From a virus, in IMG/VR virus record IMGVR_UViG_3300021375_000011, positions 32,001-96,000 of that record: DNA of 64,000 nt, one strand, 5' to 3'. The notes beneath the pieces are model-generated. The model ran no database searches, was not told the origin of the DNA, and saw nothing but the letters and a program-made list of their open reading frames with translations. This document shows positions 1 to 9,559 of this stretch, piece after piece. A program made the translations under genes and the position numbers. The stretch's first letter is position 1. Each line of letters begins with the position of its first letter.

Positions 1-2
1 TC

Positions 3-1205
3 GCCTGCTCTTGTTAGTACGAAAGCTGCACCTACTGCACCAATTGATGTACAAACATAGATACCGTTTTGTAAAGCGGCTGCTTGGTTCTGAACAAGTA
101 GTCTTTCACCGGCTACCATGGTAACACCGTCAATTGCGGCTAATACACCGTTTGCGTCAGCTGTTAATGTAGCACCGACACCAGATGTACCGTTGTCGTA
201 TGTCACTGCTGGTAATACAGCAGTTGTAGCGGCAACAACTGATTCTTTGATGTCTAAGCCTTCAGCAACTGAGTCAACATATGCTTTGTTGGCTGCGTCT
301 GTAGTAGCAGTTGGAGTAGCAACTCCACTAACTCTTTTACCTGACACTGCAACAGTACCTGTTCCTGTTGGAACAATTGTTACTGTATCGTCTGTACCTG
401 TAGCAGTAATTGTTATTGCGGCACCTTCTACGTCTGGAGTACTAACTTTTGTAGTTCCTGTAACAGTACCTGAAAATGTACCGTTTACTGCACTAGTGAG
501 AGAACCTGAAGCAAGACTTGCAACACCATCTGTTAGTGTAGCACCTTGTATTGTTCCTGAACCAGTTACGTTTACTAGTCCTGAAGTAATACTTCCTGAT
601 GCCATTGTAGCAGTACCATCTGTGATAGATCCACCTTTTACTTCACCAACTGCTGTAACTTTTGCACCAGTGGTTATGTTACCACCTGCTACGTTTCCAG
701 TTGCAGTAATTGTTGTAACTGCTGATATGGAACTTCCTGCATTTATTGCACCAGAAGCATTCAATGTAGTTGTTACGTTACCTGATGGAGCAAGGTTAAC
801 CATTGTGATGTCTTTGAACTGTGAATCAACTAAACTTGCTAGTGTGATTGCAGTACCTGTACCATCGTCTGTTGTTAGACCTGCTTTAAATGTATCGTCT
901 GTTTCGTCAAAAATCCATGCAACGTTGTTTGAATCTCCACGCTCTCCAATAAAACCAATGTCCTTTGATGGTACACCAGTTTCGTTTTTAGCAAGAAGAA
1001 TTACCGGATCTTCAATCACTGTGTTAACTGTATCCAACGCTGTGGTTGTTCCGTTAACGGTTAAGTTTCCTGTGACAGTAAGGTTACTACCATAGGTTAA
1101 GTCTGCTGCCAGTTTACCTGCGGTAATCGATGCATCAACTAACTTAGCCGACGCGACAATCGTTGCATCCGTAATCTGGTTATTTTTAATTCTTGTAATA
1201 GGCAT
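3..1205 (-). CDS. virion structural / tail fibre-like protein (truncated at window start)
   Basis: ATG at 1205 after a GGAG RBS; reads MPITRIKNNQITDATIV...GNLTVNGTTT...IEDPVILL and stays open to the window edge; Thr/Gly/Ala-rich fibre-like composition; absent from the ORF track because it is truncated. Confidence 0.75.
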   Translation of the reverse strand, partial: MPITRIKNNQITDATIVASAKLVDASITAGKLAADLTYGSNLTVTGNLTVNGTTTALDTVNTVIEDPVILLAKNETGVPSKDIGFIGERGDSNNVAWIFDETDDTFKAGLTTDDGTGTAITLASLVDSQFKDITMVNLAPSGNVTTTLNASGAINAGSSISAVTTITATGNVAGGNITTGAKVTAVGEVKGGSITDGTATMASGSITSGLVNVTGSGTIQGATLTDGVASLASGSLTSAVNGTFSGTVTGTTKVSTPDVEGAAITITATGTDDTVTIVPTGTGTVAVSGKRVSGVATPTATTDAANKAYVDSVAEGLDIKESVVAATTAVLPAVTYDNGTSGVGATLTADANGVLAAIDGVTMVAGERLLVQNQAAALQNGIYVCTSIGAVGAAFVLTRAG

Positions 1206-1285
1206 GTTGTGTTTTCTCCGCTTTCTTAAGAAAAATTATTTCCAAAGTGCTACGGTCATTTGCCACCGACACACTCTTATGATAA

Positions 1286-1291
1286 TATTTA
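1286..1291 (-). promoter_or_regulatory. late promoter TAAATA
   Basis: TAAATA box about 80 nt upstream of the 1205 start; the same box precedes most virion genes. Confidence 0.55.
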
Positions 1292-1354
1292 CCGGTGGGT
1301 GTAATTTTTAATCTATGGTGAAAAAGAAGGTTTAAGGGTATAACAGACTAGATC

Positions 1355-2623
1355 TTAGGCCGCCGAAATTGTTCCATCAAAGCGAACTTGTTGCCAGTTT
1401 GAACCGTTATATACGGCCAAGCAAGGTGCCCCACCATTGCCATTGCTGACATAAATCAATTGTCCAGCGGCTTTGTTACTGAGTGCATTTGCCTGTGCAA
1501 CTGTGTATATTGGCAATTGTAAACTGTGTACTGTTGCAAATTGTGCGACTCCATTTGCATCAACCTCAATAAAATCACCTGTGCCGTTTGTGATGCTGGT
1601 TACAGTAGTTAACGTACTAATACTACGTACTTCAATAGCATCGCCAGCAGATGGTGCTTCTGTAAAAGTCAATGTTGTGCTTGACACTGCATAAGCAGTT
1701 GTTGGTGTTTGCACTGTACCATTTATACTAACAATAACACTTGCAGTAGTAGCCGCGGCGTTAAGTGTAAATGCAACTGTTGAATTATCACCTGAGAAAC
1801 TTTGACTTGTGATACTGTCATTTGAACCAACTGTTGACCATGCAGAGCCATTATAAACTTCTACGCCAGTGGTTGTGGTATTGAATCTCAAATCTCCAGC
1901 AGTTGGAGTTGTTGGTCTTTGTGCAGTGGTTCCTACTGAAATGTTCAGAGCAGTTGTATTATTAATTTCAACTGTGCCTTGTCCGGTTGTGGTGAATCCT
2001 ATATCACTTCCGGCATTATTAGTACTGAAAGTTGTATCAGTAACAGTTAGGTTTCCAATACCAGTTCCGCCGCCTACACCAAATGGTCCAACGTATCTAG
2101 CACCAACAATATAAACTGCTTTACCGGTAATGCCAGCCGCAATTTGACTAGGAATATTAGCGCCGTTAAAGTTAAGCACACCCGCTTGATAATCAAAGAA
2201 CCATCCATCTTCGTTACCTGAGCCTGCTTGGAATAGCTGTGTTCCGCCTGTTTGTGGATCAGTTGATCCTGTGTCATCAACATAAACTTTTACCAAATAA
2301 GTTGATCCAAATTCAGTTGGTATCCAATCAGTGGCATTTGTTTTCCATGTTTGGTTGTCCGGAGCAGTTAAATCTTCTGTACACTCAACAGTTGCACTAC
2401 CGCCTACGGCATCTTGATATATTTGTACAATAGAACTAGTAGCGGCTGGTTTTACACCAGGTATACTACCTGAACTTTGCCATACTTTATCCCCACGCAT
2501 CAACAGTGGTGATGGAATACTTTCGTTGAACGCTTCTTTGTTAGCCGGGGGTGCAGTTTTTGCAACTCCGAATCCTAGTTTCTTCCATAAGAAGTCAACT
2601 TTGGTGCTATCTGCTAATGCCAT
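1355..2623 (-). CDS. virion structural protein (fibre/baseplate-associated)
   Basis: 422 aa; GTTAQRP...GDLRFNTT module and FSGDNSTVAFTL...VSINGTVQ module typical of large-phage fibre proteins. Confidence 0.7.
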   Translation of the reverse strand: MALADSTKVDFLWKKLGFGVAKTAPPANKEAFNESIPSPLLMRGDKVWQSSGSIPGVKPAATSSIVQIYQDAVGGSATVECTEDLTAPDNQTWKTNATDWIPTEFGSTYLVKVYVDDTGSTDPQTGGTQLFQAGSGNEDGWFFDYQAGVLNFNGANIPSQIAAGITGKAVYIVGARYVGPFGVGGGTGIGNLTVTDTTFSTNNAGSDIGFTTTGQGTVEINNTTALNISVGTTAQRPTTPTAGDLRFNTTTTGVEVYNGSAWSTVGSNDSITSQSFSGDNSTVAFTLNAAATTASVIVSINGTVQTPTTAYAVSSTTLTFTEAPSAGDAIEVRSISTLTTVTSITNGTGDFIEVDANGVAQFATVHSLQLPIYTVAQANALSNKAAGQLIYVSNGNGGAPCLAVYNGSNWQQVRFDGTISAA

Positions 2624-5600
2624 TAGGTTTGTACTCCTACGCTAACGCTGGTAAGAGTTTGGCCACTTGCTAATGCAATACGCACTAGTATATTATTTCC
2701 TGTTGCATTTGAACTGTTTGCACTTCCTAGTGTCATTGTGTACGCACTGCTCAAAGCACTGCCGGTTGGTATTACGTCTGCACCAGTTAATGCACATCCG
2801 TTTCCGCCGTTACCGCCATTGCCTGTGTCTGCACCTGGAACTCCAGCACCTGCGTACTGTGTAGTGCCTTCTACCCATCCATTGAGTGTACTTGCACTAT
2901 CAATAGCAGTTCCTGGACTAGCAATCCATAAGCCTGTAATACCAGTTGAACTGTTCAAAGTTATATCAAAGTTAGCAACTGTTGCTCGTCTAAAAGCAAA
3001 GGTAAGATACTGTGTGCCAGATCTATTTGTATTCAAATCTGGACCGGCTGGCAAGTATCCACTGCTTAAATTTGTTGTAAAATGTTTGACTGTTCCCCAA
3101 CGTACTATTGCTTCTGTTGTTCCTGCAACTGTGGCCGCACCTGTAAATGCGTTTGCGGTATAAAAGTTCGTTGCACTATTATAACTTGGAGTGTCTGCGG
3201 CACTGCCAAATCCTGTTACACGCTTTCCATCATCATCAAACACGCTTCCAAGTGCATCTGCTACTGGAATGTTTTCTTCGTCAAATCCAGTTAAACTTGC
3301 ACTATAAACCTGTATGTACTTGTTGGTAAGGTTAACAACACTACTTGAACCGTTAACATTGAACATTTGTGCATCAAGATAACCTACTGCTCTTGCACTT
3401 CCATTTATGCTGACAATAATAGCACCTAGTGTATATGCACTGCCTACGCCTGTACTAGCATTTGGAATACCACCGGTAAGATATGTTGGTGAACCATCAA
3501 TATCACCATATGTTTTTGTCTGTGTGTTAATAAGACTGCCCGATGTGCTTTCTGCAAGTGTTCCTGTTGTTGCCTGCCAAGGGTTAGTCATATTTCTATA
3601 TGTTTGTCCGACAAAGTTTGTTACTGTTAAACCCGTAATAGTAACTGCTGGTGATCCTGTGTTGTAATAAGGCACACCTGAAATATATCTATAGGTTCCT
3701 GCAGTGCTTTCTGCTATTGTTGCACTGCCTTGTCCAACAGTTGGCACACTGGTCATGTCATCTTTTACAAATCCAACTGTGTTCGTACCGCCGGCAGTTG
3801 AGTGTATTAGACTTGTATCATTGTATCCTACACTTATTCCGCTGGTTGCCTTTGATACACGTGCATCAAATACTTTTGCAAATCCTGTTGGATATGTGCT
3901 GGCACTGATTTCGTTGTGTGCATCACCGTCGTTAACCACAACCAAGTCTGTGTAAGTTCCTGCGCCATCTCCGCCAGCAGTAAATGTTACTGCTCCACTT
4001 GCACTATTGTTAAATGTTGCAGTTAGTGTTCCTGAAATTGCAGTGTTTGCATCAGTCACTGTGCTTGTAACAATTGGATCAGCAGTTGTGTAACGTGTTA
4101 CACTACTACCATTTGCAGGTATGTTGCCACTACTTCTATCAGTCGCTCCTGCCGCCAATAGTGGAGAAGTGCCTTGGCTACCTGTTGACATACTAAGTGT
4201 TTTTGAACTTAGTGCTCCAGGTGCAGCTGGATTGGCTTTTATTGTAATAAAATTTGTTTTTGTTTCTGTGTCAGTTTGTGCAATCGTATCTGGTGTACCT
4301 GATGACACCAATGCTACTGTAAAACTTGCTACACTACCATAACTGTTTGTTATGTTGGCCGCTCCTGGTGTACCTGCTCCGGTTGTGATATCACCAGTTG
4401 TGTTGCCATCTCCAAACGTAAAATTTGTTGTTGTAACGTTTTGACTTGTGTTTTGAAATGTAACTAATCCTCGATCAGTTTCTACTCCTGATCTATAGTC
4501 TGTAAACAAGTAACCGTCTTGTGCATCATCGCCTGTTCTATCACTGACTGTTACTAACGTACCTGTGAAGATACTGCGTATGTCTGGTTCAACTGCTATA
4601 GCAATGTTGGCAGCATTGAATGGACTGCTTGAGTGTCCTGTTAGAGTAGATAGTTGAACTGCATAAGTTGCGGTGGTACCAGCGGCTTGTTGTCCACTGC
4701 TCAATGCGAACGTATGATTTAGAGTTGATCCTGGATTACCCGCTACACCTGATTGTATATTGACAGTGTTTACATTACCATCGCCCCACGTCCATCTGTA
4801 TTTTTGACCACTACCAAATATCGCAGTTGTTCCAGGATCGGTAGCAGTACTGTTTGTAAATTGTACAACACCACCTGAAGTTGCTTCTTGGTTAACCACA
4901 CGAACTACGTTGGCACTTGATAGAGTTGTTTGTGGAGTAAACACACTTATAACAGTCGGTGCACTTGTTACTGATACAGGACTAGCACCAGCAGTATTTG
5001 ATACACCGGTAAGCACAATGTTGTATTGTGTGTCTCCACCTGTGTTGTTATATGTATTACTTACAGTTGTAAAATCTGTTGCCGGTTGTACGTTTGCACC
5101 TTGTCCCCAACTTAGATCAAAACTGGTTGTAACAAACTGACTTGTGTTTGTTATAGTTGCAGTAGCACCTGTGTCTATTGTGCTATCATCAAGTGTAAAA
5201 CTTGGTATAGGCGTTGGAGTAAACAATGTAATATAATTTGTTCTTGTAAAACTGTCAGCACTTCCTTTTGCACCAGCGGATATGTCACCTCCATGTGTTC
5301 CGTTTGTATTTTTAGCAGTAAAACTTACTGTAAATTGTCCACCAGAGGCATTGTTATATGTATGTGATGGATTTTGCGAAGTTGAAGTATTGCCATCACC
5401 AAAGTTCCATTCAAAACCATTTGCATTTCCAATAAATGTACCAGTGAAGTTCACAGTTGTTGGCGAAGGTCCGCTGGTTGGTGTGCCTACAAAACTTGCT
5501 TGTCCAACATATTTGTTATTTGCAATGTTTAAGGCAACTTGGTTGAGATCGTCGATACCAGTTGTTACCTTTGTTGTGGTTGTCCAACCGTCATATGCAA

Positions 5601-6009
5601 CGTCTGGTCCAGATATATTGCCATCAGCTGGTGTGCCAAGATTTATTGTATTACCTTGTACGGATGCTATGTTTGCACCAGTTGTCCAACTTAACGTGCC
5701 GCTACCGTTTGTTGTAAGTACCTGCCCATTGCTTCCGCCAGTGATTGTAACGGCAGTCATTGCACCTAAATTTACTGCACTGCCACTTAAATTTAACGTG
5801 CTTTCAGACGTCAATGCGTTTCCAGCAAGTGTCAGATTTGCAATTTTAGCCGTACCCGGAGCATGTAAAGGTTGTGCAGGTGTAGCCGTTCCAATACCCA
5901 CACGATTGTTGGTCACATCAATGAACAATGTGCTAGTGTCGACTGCTAGATTGGTTGTTCTTTCAAGATTGTCTGCGAGTGCTTTACCGGTGACTCTTGC
6001 AATGGCCAT
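2623..6009 (-). CDS. PKD/Ig-like domain virion fibre protein
   Basis: 1128 aa; NNRVGIGT fibre motif; PKD signatures WNFGDG..S..QNPSHTY, WTWGDG, FTFGDG. Confidence 0.75.
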   Translation of the reverse strand: MAIARVTGKALADNLERTTNLAVDTSTLFIDVTNNRVGIGTATPAQPLHAPGTAKIANLTLAGNALTSESTLNLSGSAVNLGAMTAVTITGGSNGQVLTTNGSGTLSWTTGANIASVQGNTINLGTPADGNISGPDVAYDGWTTTTKVTTGIDDLNQVALNIANNKYVGQASFVGTPTSGPSPTTVNFTGTFIGNANGFEWNFGDGNTSTSQNPSHTYNNASGGQFTVSFTAKNTNGTHGGDISAGAKGSADSFTRTNYITLFTPTPIPSFTLDDSTIDTGATATITNTSQFVTTSFDLSWGQGANVQPATDFTTVSNTYNNTGGDTQYNIVLTGVSNTAGASPVSVTSAPTVISVFTPQTTLSSANVVRVVNQEATSGGVVQFTNSTATDPGTTAIFGSGQKYRWTWGDGNVNTVNIQSGVAGNPGSTLNHTFALSSGQQAAGTTATYAVQLSTLTGHSSSPFNAANIAIAVEPDIRSIFTGTLVTVSDRTGDDAQDGYLFTDYRSGVETDRGLVTFQNTSQNVTTTNFTFGDGNTTGDITTGAGTPGAANITNSYGSVASFTVALVSSGTPDTIAQTDTETKTNFITIKANPAAPGALSSKTLSMSTGSQGTSPLLAAGATDRSSGNIPANGSSVTRYTTADPIVTSTVTDANTAISGTLTATFNNSASGAVTFTAGGDGAGTYTDLVVVNDGDAHNEISASTYPTGFAKVFDARVSKATSGISVGYNDTSLIHSTAGGTNTVGFVKDDMTSVPTVGQGSATIAESTAGTYRYISGVPYYNTGSPAVTITGLTVTNFVGQTYRNMTNPWQATTGTLAESTSGSLINTQTKTYGDIDGSPTYLTGGIPNASTGVGSAYTLGAIIVSINGSARAVGYLDAQMFNVNGSSSVVNLTNKYIQVYSASLTGFDEENIPVADALGSVFDDDGKRVTGFGSAADTPSYNSATNFYTANAFTGAATVAGTTEAIVRWGTVKHFTTNLSSGYLPAGPDLNTNRSGTQYLTFAFRRATVANFDITLNSSTGITGLWIASPGTAIDSASTLNGWVEGTTQYAGAGVPGADTGNGGNGGNGCALTGADVIPTGSALSSAYTMTLGSANSSNATGNNILVRIALASGQTLTSVSVGVQT

Positions 6010-6049
6010 TAATTACTATCCTTAAACTTTGCAGTATTTATCGCAGTTG

Positions 6050-6463
6050 TTAAGGCGTGTTGCCAACACCGTGTATTACGTTGATAGGTTCAGCGGCTAA
6101 TGGTGCAGAACTAAAGGTAATGTCGTTGCCACTGCCTGTAATGGTATAAACACCAGTTGGTTGTTGGTAGATATTTGAAACAAAAACAATTACCTGATCG
6201 GCTGCACTTGCGGCAGTGCTTAGTGTAAATGTAAGTGTTGAGTTGTCGCCAGTGAAACTGTCTACAGTTATGTTGGCTTCACCCGAGTTTGCTATTGCAG
6301 TATATTGTGAGCCATTAAAAAATTCTAAATTGTTATTGCTGGTGTTATATCTAAAAACGCCAAATACTGGATTTGCAGGACGTTCAGCAGTAGTCCCGCC
6401 GGGAACAACAACTCCAGCTTCTCCACTTTGGATTATTCTATTTTTTAGAAATGTGCCTGCCAT
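6050..6463 (-). CDS. small virion structural protein
   Basis: 137 aa; GTTAERP...FRYNT and FTGDNSTLTFTL modules shared with 1355..2623. Confidence 0.7.
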   Translation of the reverse strand: MAGTFLKNRIIQSGEAGVVVPGGTTAERPANPVFGVFRYNTSNNNLEFFNGSQYTAIANSGEANITVDSFTGDNSTLTFTLSTAASAADQVIVFVSNIYQQPTGVYTITGSGNDITFSSAPLAAEPINVIHGVGNTP

Positions 6464-6464
6464 C

Positions 6465-6779
6465 CTAGATAGCCGTAAATGATACTACTGAATTTATTCC
6501 AGAGGCTGAACTCGCAATAACTTGAATTGTATCGCCATTTGCAAGCAGTAGTTTTTCGCCACCTGTGTATAATTGATAACTGTCAGTGGCTGCAATACTC
6601 AGTGTTTTTGCAACTAAGTTTGTTGTGGTTAAACTATCTCCGCTTGGTATTACATGAATATCAACAGTTAATGCACCAGCAGTTTCATTTGTTAATTGCA
6701 TATAAGTGATTGCAGTATTGTTGGTACTTGTGTATACTGTTGTGGCACTGTTTGATACGGCAGTTGTTTGTATTGTCAT
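6465..6779 (-). CDS. hypothetical beta-rich structural protein
   Basis: 104 aa with GGAAAA RBS, within the virion operon. Confidence 0.6.
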   Translation of the reverse strand: MTIQTTAVSNSATTVYTSTNNTAITYMQLTNETAGALTVDIHVIPSGDSLTTTNLVAKTLSIAATDSYQLYTGGEKLLLANGDTIQVIASSASGINSVVSFTAI

Positions 6780-6788
6780 TTGTTTTCC

Positions 6789-7427
6789 TTAAAATATAAT
6801 TCCAAAAACAATAGCCTTGCTTTTGCTTACTAGTTCATCTGTTGTTGTATCGTCTACAAAGTAAACGCCTGTTCCGCCACTTCCAGCAATCCCGCCATGT
6901 AACACCGTGGTATTTGTTACTGCACCTGGAGCGGCACTGTCTTTGAGTTGTAATCCTGTGCTGATATTTACATTTCCGGTTAGGTTCAACTGACTAGTGT
7001 CTGTAAATGTCATATTTGCACTAGCACCAAATGCACCCGAATTGTTGAACTGTACTTGTGTATTTGCTCCTGCAACTGATCCAGATACAGCAGTTCCAAT
7101 TTCACTCCAAGTACCAGTTTCACCAGTGCTACCTGTGCTTGTGCTTAGTTCCCATTTATTGTCATTGGTATTATAACGAATGCCAGCAAATGTTGTAGCT
7201 GTTTTATGTGTTAACAATCCAGCATTACTTGCATAAGTTGAAGTGTTACTCATGTTAACCATAACAAAAGGATCTTTTACATCCAATTGTTCTGTATTGA
7301 TATATGTAACGTTACCGTTGACAGTTAGGTTACCGTCAATTTCTGTGTTACTGGCAATATGAACCATATCAGTCGCATTTATGGTTTCAATATAATAGTC
7401 GCCGTCAATTCTTTTCTTTGTGTTCAT
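6789..7427 (-). CDS. virion structural protein
   Basis: 212 aa; GNLTVNGN...DVKDPF and GANTQVQFNNSGAFG fibre-type motifs; TAAATA at 7444-7449 upstream. Confidence 0.65.
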   Translation of the reverse strand: MNTKKRIDGDYYIETINATDMVHIASNTEIDGNLTVNGNVTYINTEQLDVKDPFVMVNMSNTSTYASNAGLLTHKTATTFAGIRYNTNDNKWELSTSTGSTGETGTWSEIGTAVSGSVAGANTQVQFNNSGAFGASANMTFTDTSQLNLTGNVNISTGLQLKDSAAPGAVTNTTVLHGGIAGSGGTGVYFVDDTTTDELVSKSKAIVFGIIF

Positions 7428-8011
7428 AATGGGCCTCTAGCAGTATTTACCATCTCTAGAAAGCTCTGCATACTGATTATTTTCATGTTGTTAATTTTAC
7501 CAAACTGTTTTACAAATGCACTTTCTACGCCCTCTACTCTATAAAACTGTCTGTTTGGATAGTCTTCTGTAAGTTTTACAAGTTGATTTATCCAGTTGCC
7601 AGCGTATGTTGGTGGATCAAGTTCTTTTTTATAAAACTGTGTATCAACATAAACATTATTAAACATTCCGTTTGTTGTGCCTAAATCCATGCCAATTAGA
7701 TAAATGTCACTGTGTCCATCAATACATGCAAGAGCTGCCGCATTTGGTCCGCTACTAAATCCTTTGTATTCGTTAGTTAAATGCTTACCACCTAAATCAA
7801 CTATAGGTTTGCGTGTGTGAAATCTATGCTTTTGTGCATAGCCACTTTGTTGAATACTATCTGCAATTGGTCTATCTGTTGCAACTAAGCAATCTGGAGT
7901 AAAGGTTTTGCATAACCAATTGCATCCATAGGTAGCACCCAATGGCGATAACTTTGTCAAATCAACCGACAGTCTACTTTTGCCATTTCCTAGAATAAAT
8001 GCAGTACTCAT
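7424..8011 (-). CDS. Maf/MptE (DUF115)-like glycosyltransferase-fold protein
   Basis: AFILGNGKSR...YGCN...SSG..A...IYLIGMD pattern resembles DUF115/Maf and CstII-like transferases. Confidence 0.55.
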   Translation of the reverse strand: MSTAFILGNGKSRLSVDLTKLSPLGATYGCNWLCKTFTPDCLVATDRPIADSIQQSGYAQKHRFHTRKPIVDLGGKHLTNEYKGFSSGPNAAALACIDGHSDIYLIGMDLGTTNGMFNNVYVDTQFYKKELDPPTYAGNWINQLVKLTEDYPNRQFYRVEGVESAFVKQFGKINNMKIISMQSFLEMVNTARGPL

Positions 8012-8047
8012 AAAAAACCCTCACTGTACTTAATACAGTAAGGGTTT
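8012..8047 (-). terminator. intrinsic terminator with an embedded TAAGTA late promoter box
   Basis: minus strand AAACCCTTACTGTA-TTAAG-TACAGTGAGGG-TTTTTT directly before the ATG at 8011. Confidence 0.7.
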
Positions 8048-8067
8048 GGTTAGTTAAAAAGTAACTA

Positions 8068-8763
8068 TTAACCTAGTGAAGCATTCTCAATTTGTACTAG
8101 ATCACGTGTGTTTGGTGATGCAGATGAACCTGATCCACCAATAACAACTGTGTCATCTAGTTGATTAAAAAAGTTTAACAACACTACACCACCTGAAAAA
8201 GATATCCCGTGTTTGTTACTAAAACGCTTTAGACGAACTGCTGATGATCCAATATCAGTATATGACACTGTCATATCACCTACTGCAAGAGCTGAATCGT
8301 TAACATTTGCTAATGTGCATATTCCACATTCAGCAACAGTTCCTGATGAACCAGCAGCCGAAGCAGCTTCTACAGTAAAAATAGCTCCGTTTGAGACAAA
8401 TCCGTCTCCGGGCATTCCCATCGCATTCCAATCAGTATCACCAACTGACACAATTCTTACTATGCTACCAACTACTGCGTTTGCAGGGTCAATTGCACTT
8501 GCGTCTAGTCTTGACACAAGATACTTTGACGCACCTTTTTGTCTTACTATAAAACCGTCACCTTCAGCAGTAATACTTCCGCCACCTGGTCTAATTCTTG
8601 TTGTTGTTACTGGAAAGTCATAGTCACTTGTACTAATGTTTCCACCAACTACACCATAGAACAATTCTCCTGCTGGAGTTGGCGTCATTCCAATTAACGG
8701 TCCTGGATTGTTAAATCCAGCATCCTGTGTATCGGATATTTTTATTTTTAACGGTCTTCCCAT
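8068..8763 (-). CDS. conserved virion (head-associated?) protein
   Basis: 231 aa MGRPLKIK...FIVRQKGASKYLV; strong AAGGAG RBS; TATAAATA at 8839-8846; close to the capsid gene. Confidence 0.6.
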   Translation of the reverse strand: MGRPLKIKISDTQDAGFNNPGPLIGMTPTPAGELFYGVVGGNISTSDYDFPVTTTRIRPGGGSITAEGDGFIVRQKGASKYLVSRLDASAIDPANAVVGSIVRIVSVGDTDWNAMGMPGDGFVSNGAIFTVEAASAAGSSGTVAECGICTLANVNDSALAVGDMTVSYTDIGSSAVRLKRFSNKHGISFSGGVVLLNFFNQLDDTVVIGGSGSSASPNTRDLVQIENASLG

Positions 8764-8784
8764 TTGTTTTCTCCTTATAAAGTT

Positions 8785-8833
8785 CCCGTTCTAGCGGGTA
8801 CGCAGTTGTGTCTGCATAAACACATTATTGTGC
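8785..8833 (-). promoter_or_regulatory. structured 5' UTR with three tandem hairpins
   Basis: GCACA-AUAA-UGUGU, UAUGCAG-ACACAA-CUGCGUA and CCCG-CUAGAA-CGGG lie between TATAAATA and the RBS. Confidence 0.5.
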
Positions 8834-9496
8834 AACTGTATTTATAGGATCAAACGTTTTACGCCAGTCTGTACCACGTATTCGATCGACTTTATCAAAT
8901 TGTTCAAGAGTTGTACCTGCATAGTTATAAGATATGTAATGGTCTTCTGGAAGTGTTACCTTTGCCCAGTCCACTACATGTTTATGTGTATGTCTGTTTA
9001 GATGTGATATTGTAATGTTAACTGCAAAGTCTACACTTTCAGGCGCATTTTGCACAATCCATTTTACATTACTATCAACTTTAGTCCATTTTGCTGGCCA
9101 ACGAAGATATTCAAAGTGTTCTCCAACTCCGTCAATGCTGAAACAGATGGATATACGTTTATAATACGAACATGTATTTAGAAACTCTAAACTTGGTTTC
9201 ACTGTGCCGTTAAAGTGTATGTGAAATCTCATATCCGTGTTTTTAAATTTTTCTAATACCTCATGTGTCGATTTGTGTAGTATTGGCTCGCCGCCGCCAA
9301 TTATAATGTGTTTGAGACCGGTAAAGTCTAAATCATCAACTGTTTGATTAAAGGCATACGACTCAACAGGCAATTTTTTTAATGCTTGCCAACGTGTACT
9401 GGCATGTTCGTCGCAAGTTGAACAAGCAAGATTACAAATTTTGCCAGGATCAAATGTTGCACATGTAGGATCTTTTGAGTTTATGTTCAGTATCAT
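8825..9496 (-). CDS. radical SAM protein (short)
   Basis: CNLACSTC (CX3CX2C), GGEP, SIDG...EYLRWPAKW. Confidence 0.85.
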   Translation of the reverse strand: MILNINSKDPTCATFDPGKICNLACSTCDEHASTRWQALKKLPVESYAFNQTVDDLDFTGLKHIIIGGGEPILHKSTHEVLEKFKNTDMRFHIHFNGTVKPSLEFLNTCSYYKRISICFSIDGVGEHFEYLRWPAKWTKVDSNVKWIVQNAPESVDFAVNITISHLNRHTHKHVVDWAKVTLPEDHYISYNYAGTTLEQFDKVDRIRGTDWRKTFDPINTVAQ

Positions 9497-9500
9497 GATG

Positions 9501-9508
9501 TATTTATA
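9501..9508 (-). promoter_or_regulatory. T4-type late promoter TATAAATA, likely leaderless
   Basis: TATAAATA-CATC-ATG. Confidence 0.7.
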
Positions 9509-9511
9509 GTC

Positions 9512-9541
9512 AAAAAAATAGCACCCGAAGGTGCTATTTTT
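9512..9541 (-). terminator. intrinsic terminator after the major capsid gene
   Basis: AAAATAGCACC-TTCG-GGTGCTATTTTTTT; UUCG loop. Confidence 0.9.
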
Positions 9542-9559
9542 AATAAAGTTAAGTGTATA

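Noticed and set aside
118-1095. 325-aa + strand ORF
   Set aside because: Antisense shadow of the real - strand fibre gene starting at 1205; Val/Pro/Ala-rich mirror of biased Thr/Gly codons, no RBS or motifs.
2667-6025. Several + strand ORFs (e.g. 5282..6025, 2738..3163)
   Set aside because: Antisense shadows inside the PKD fibre gene.
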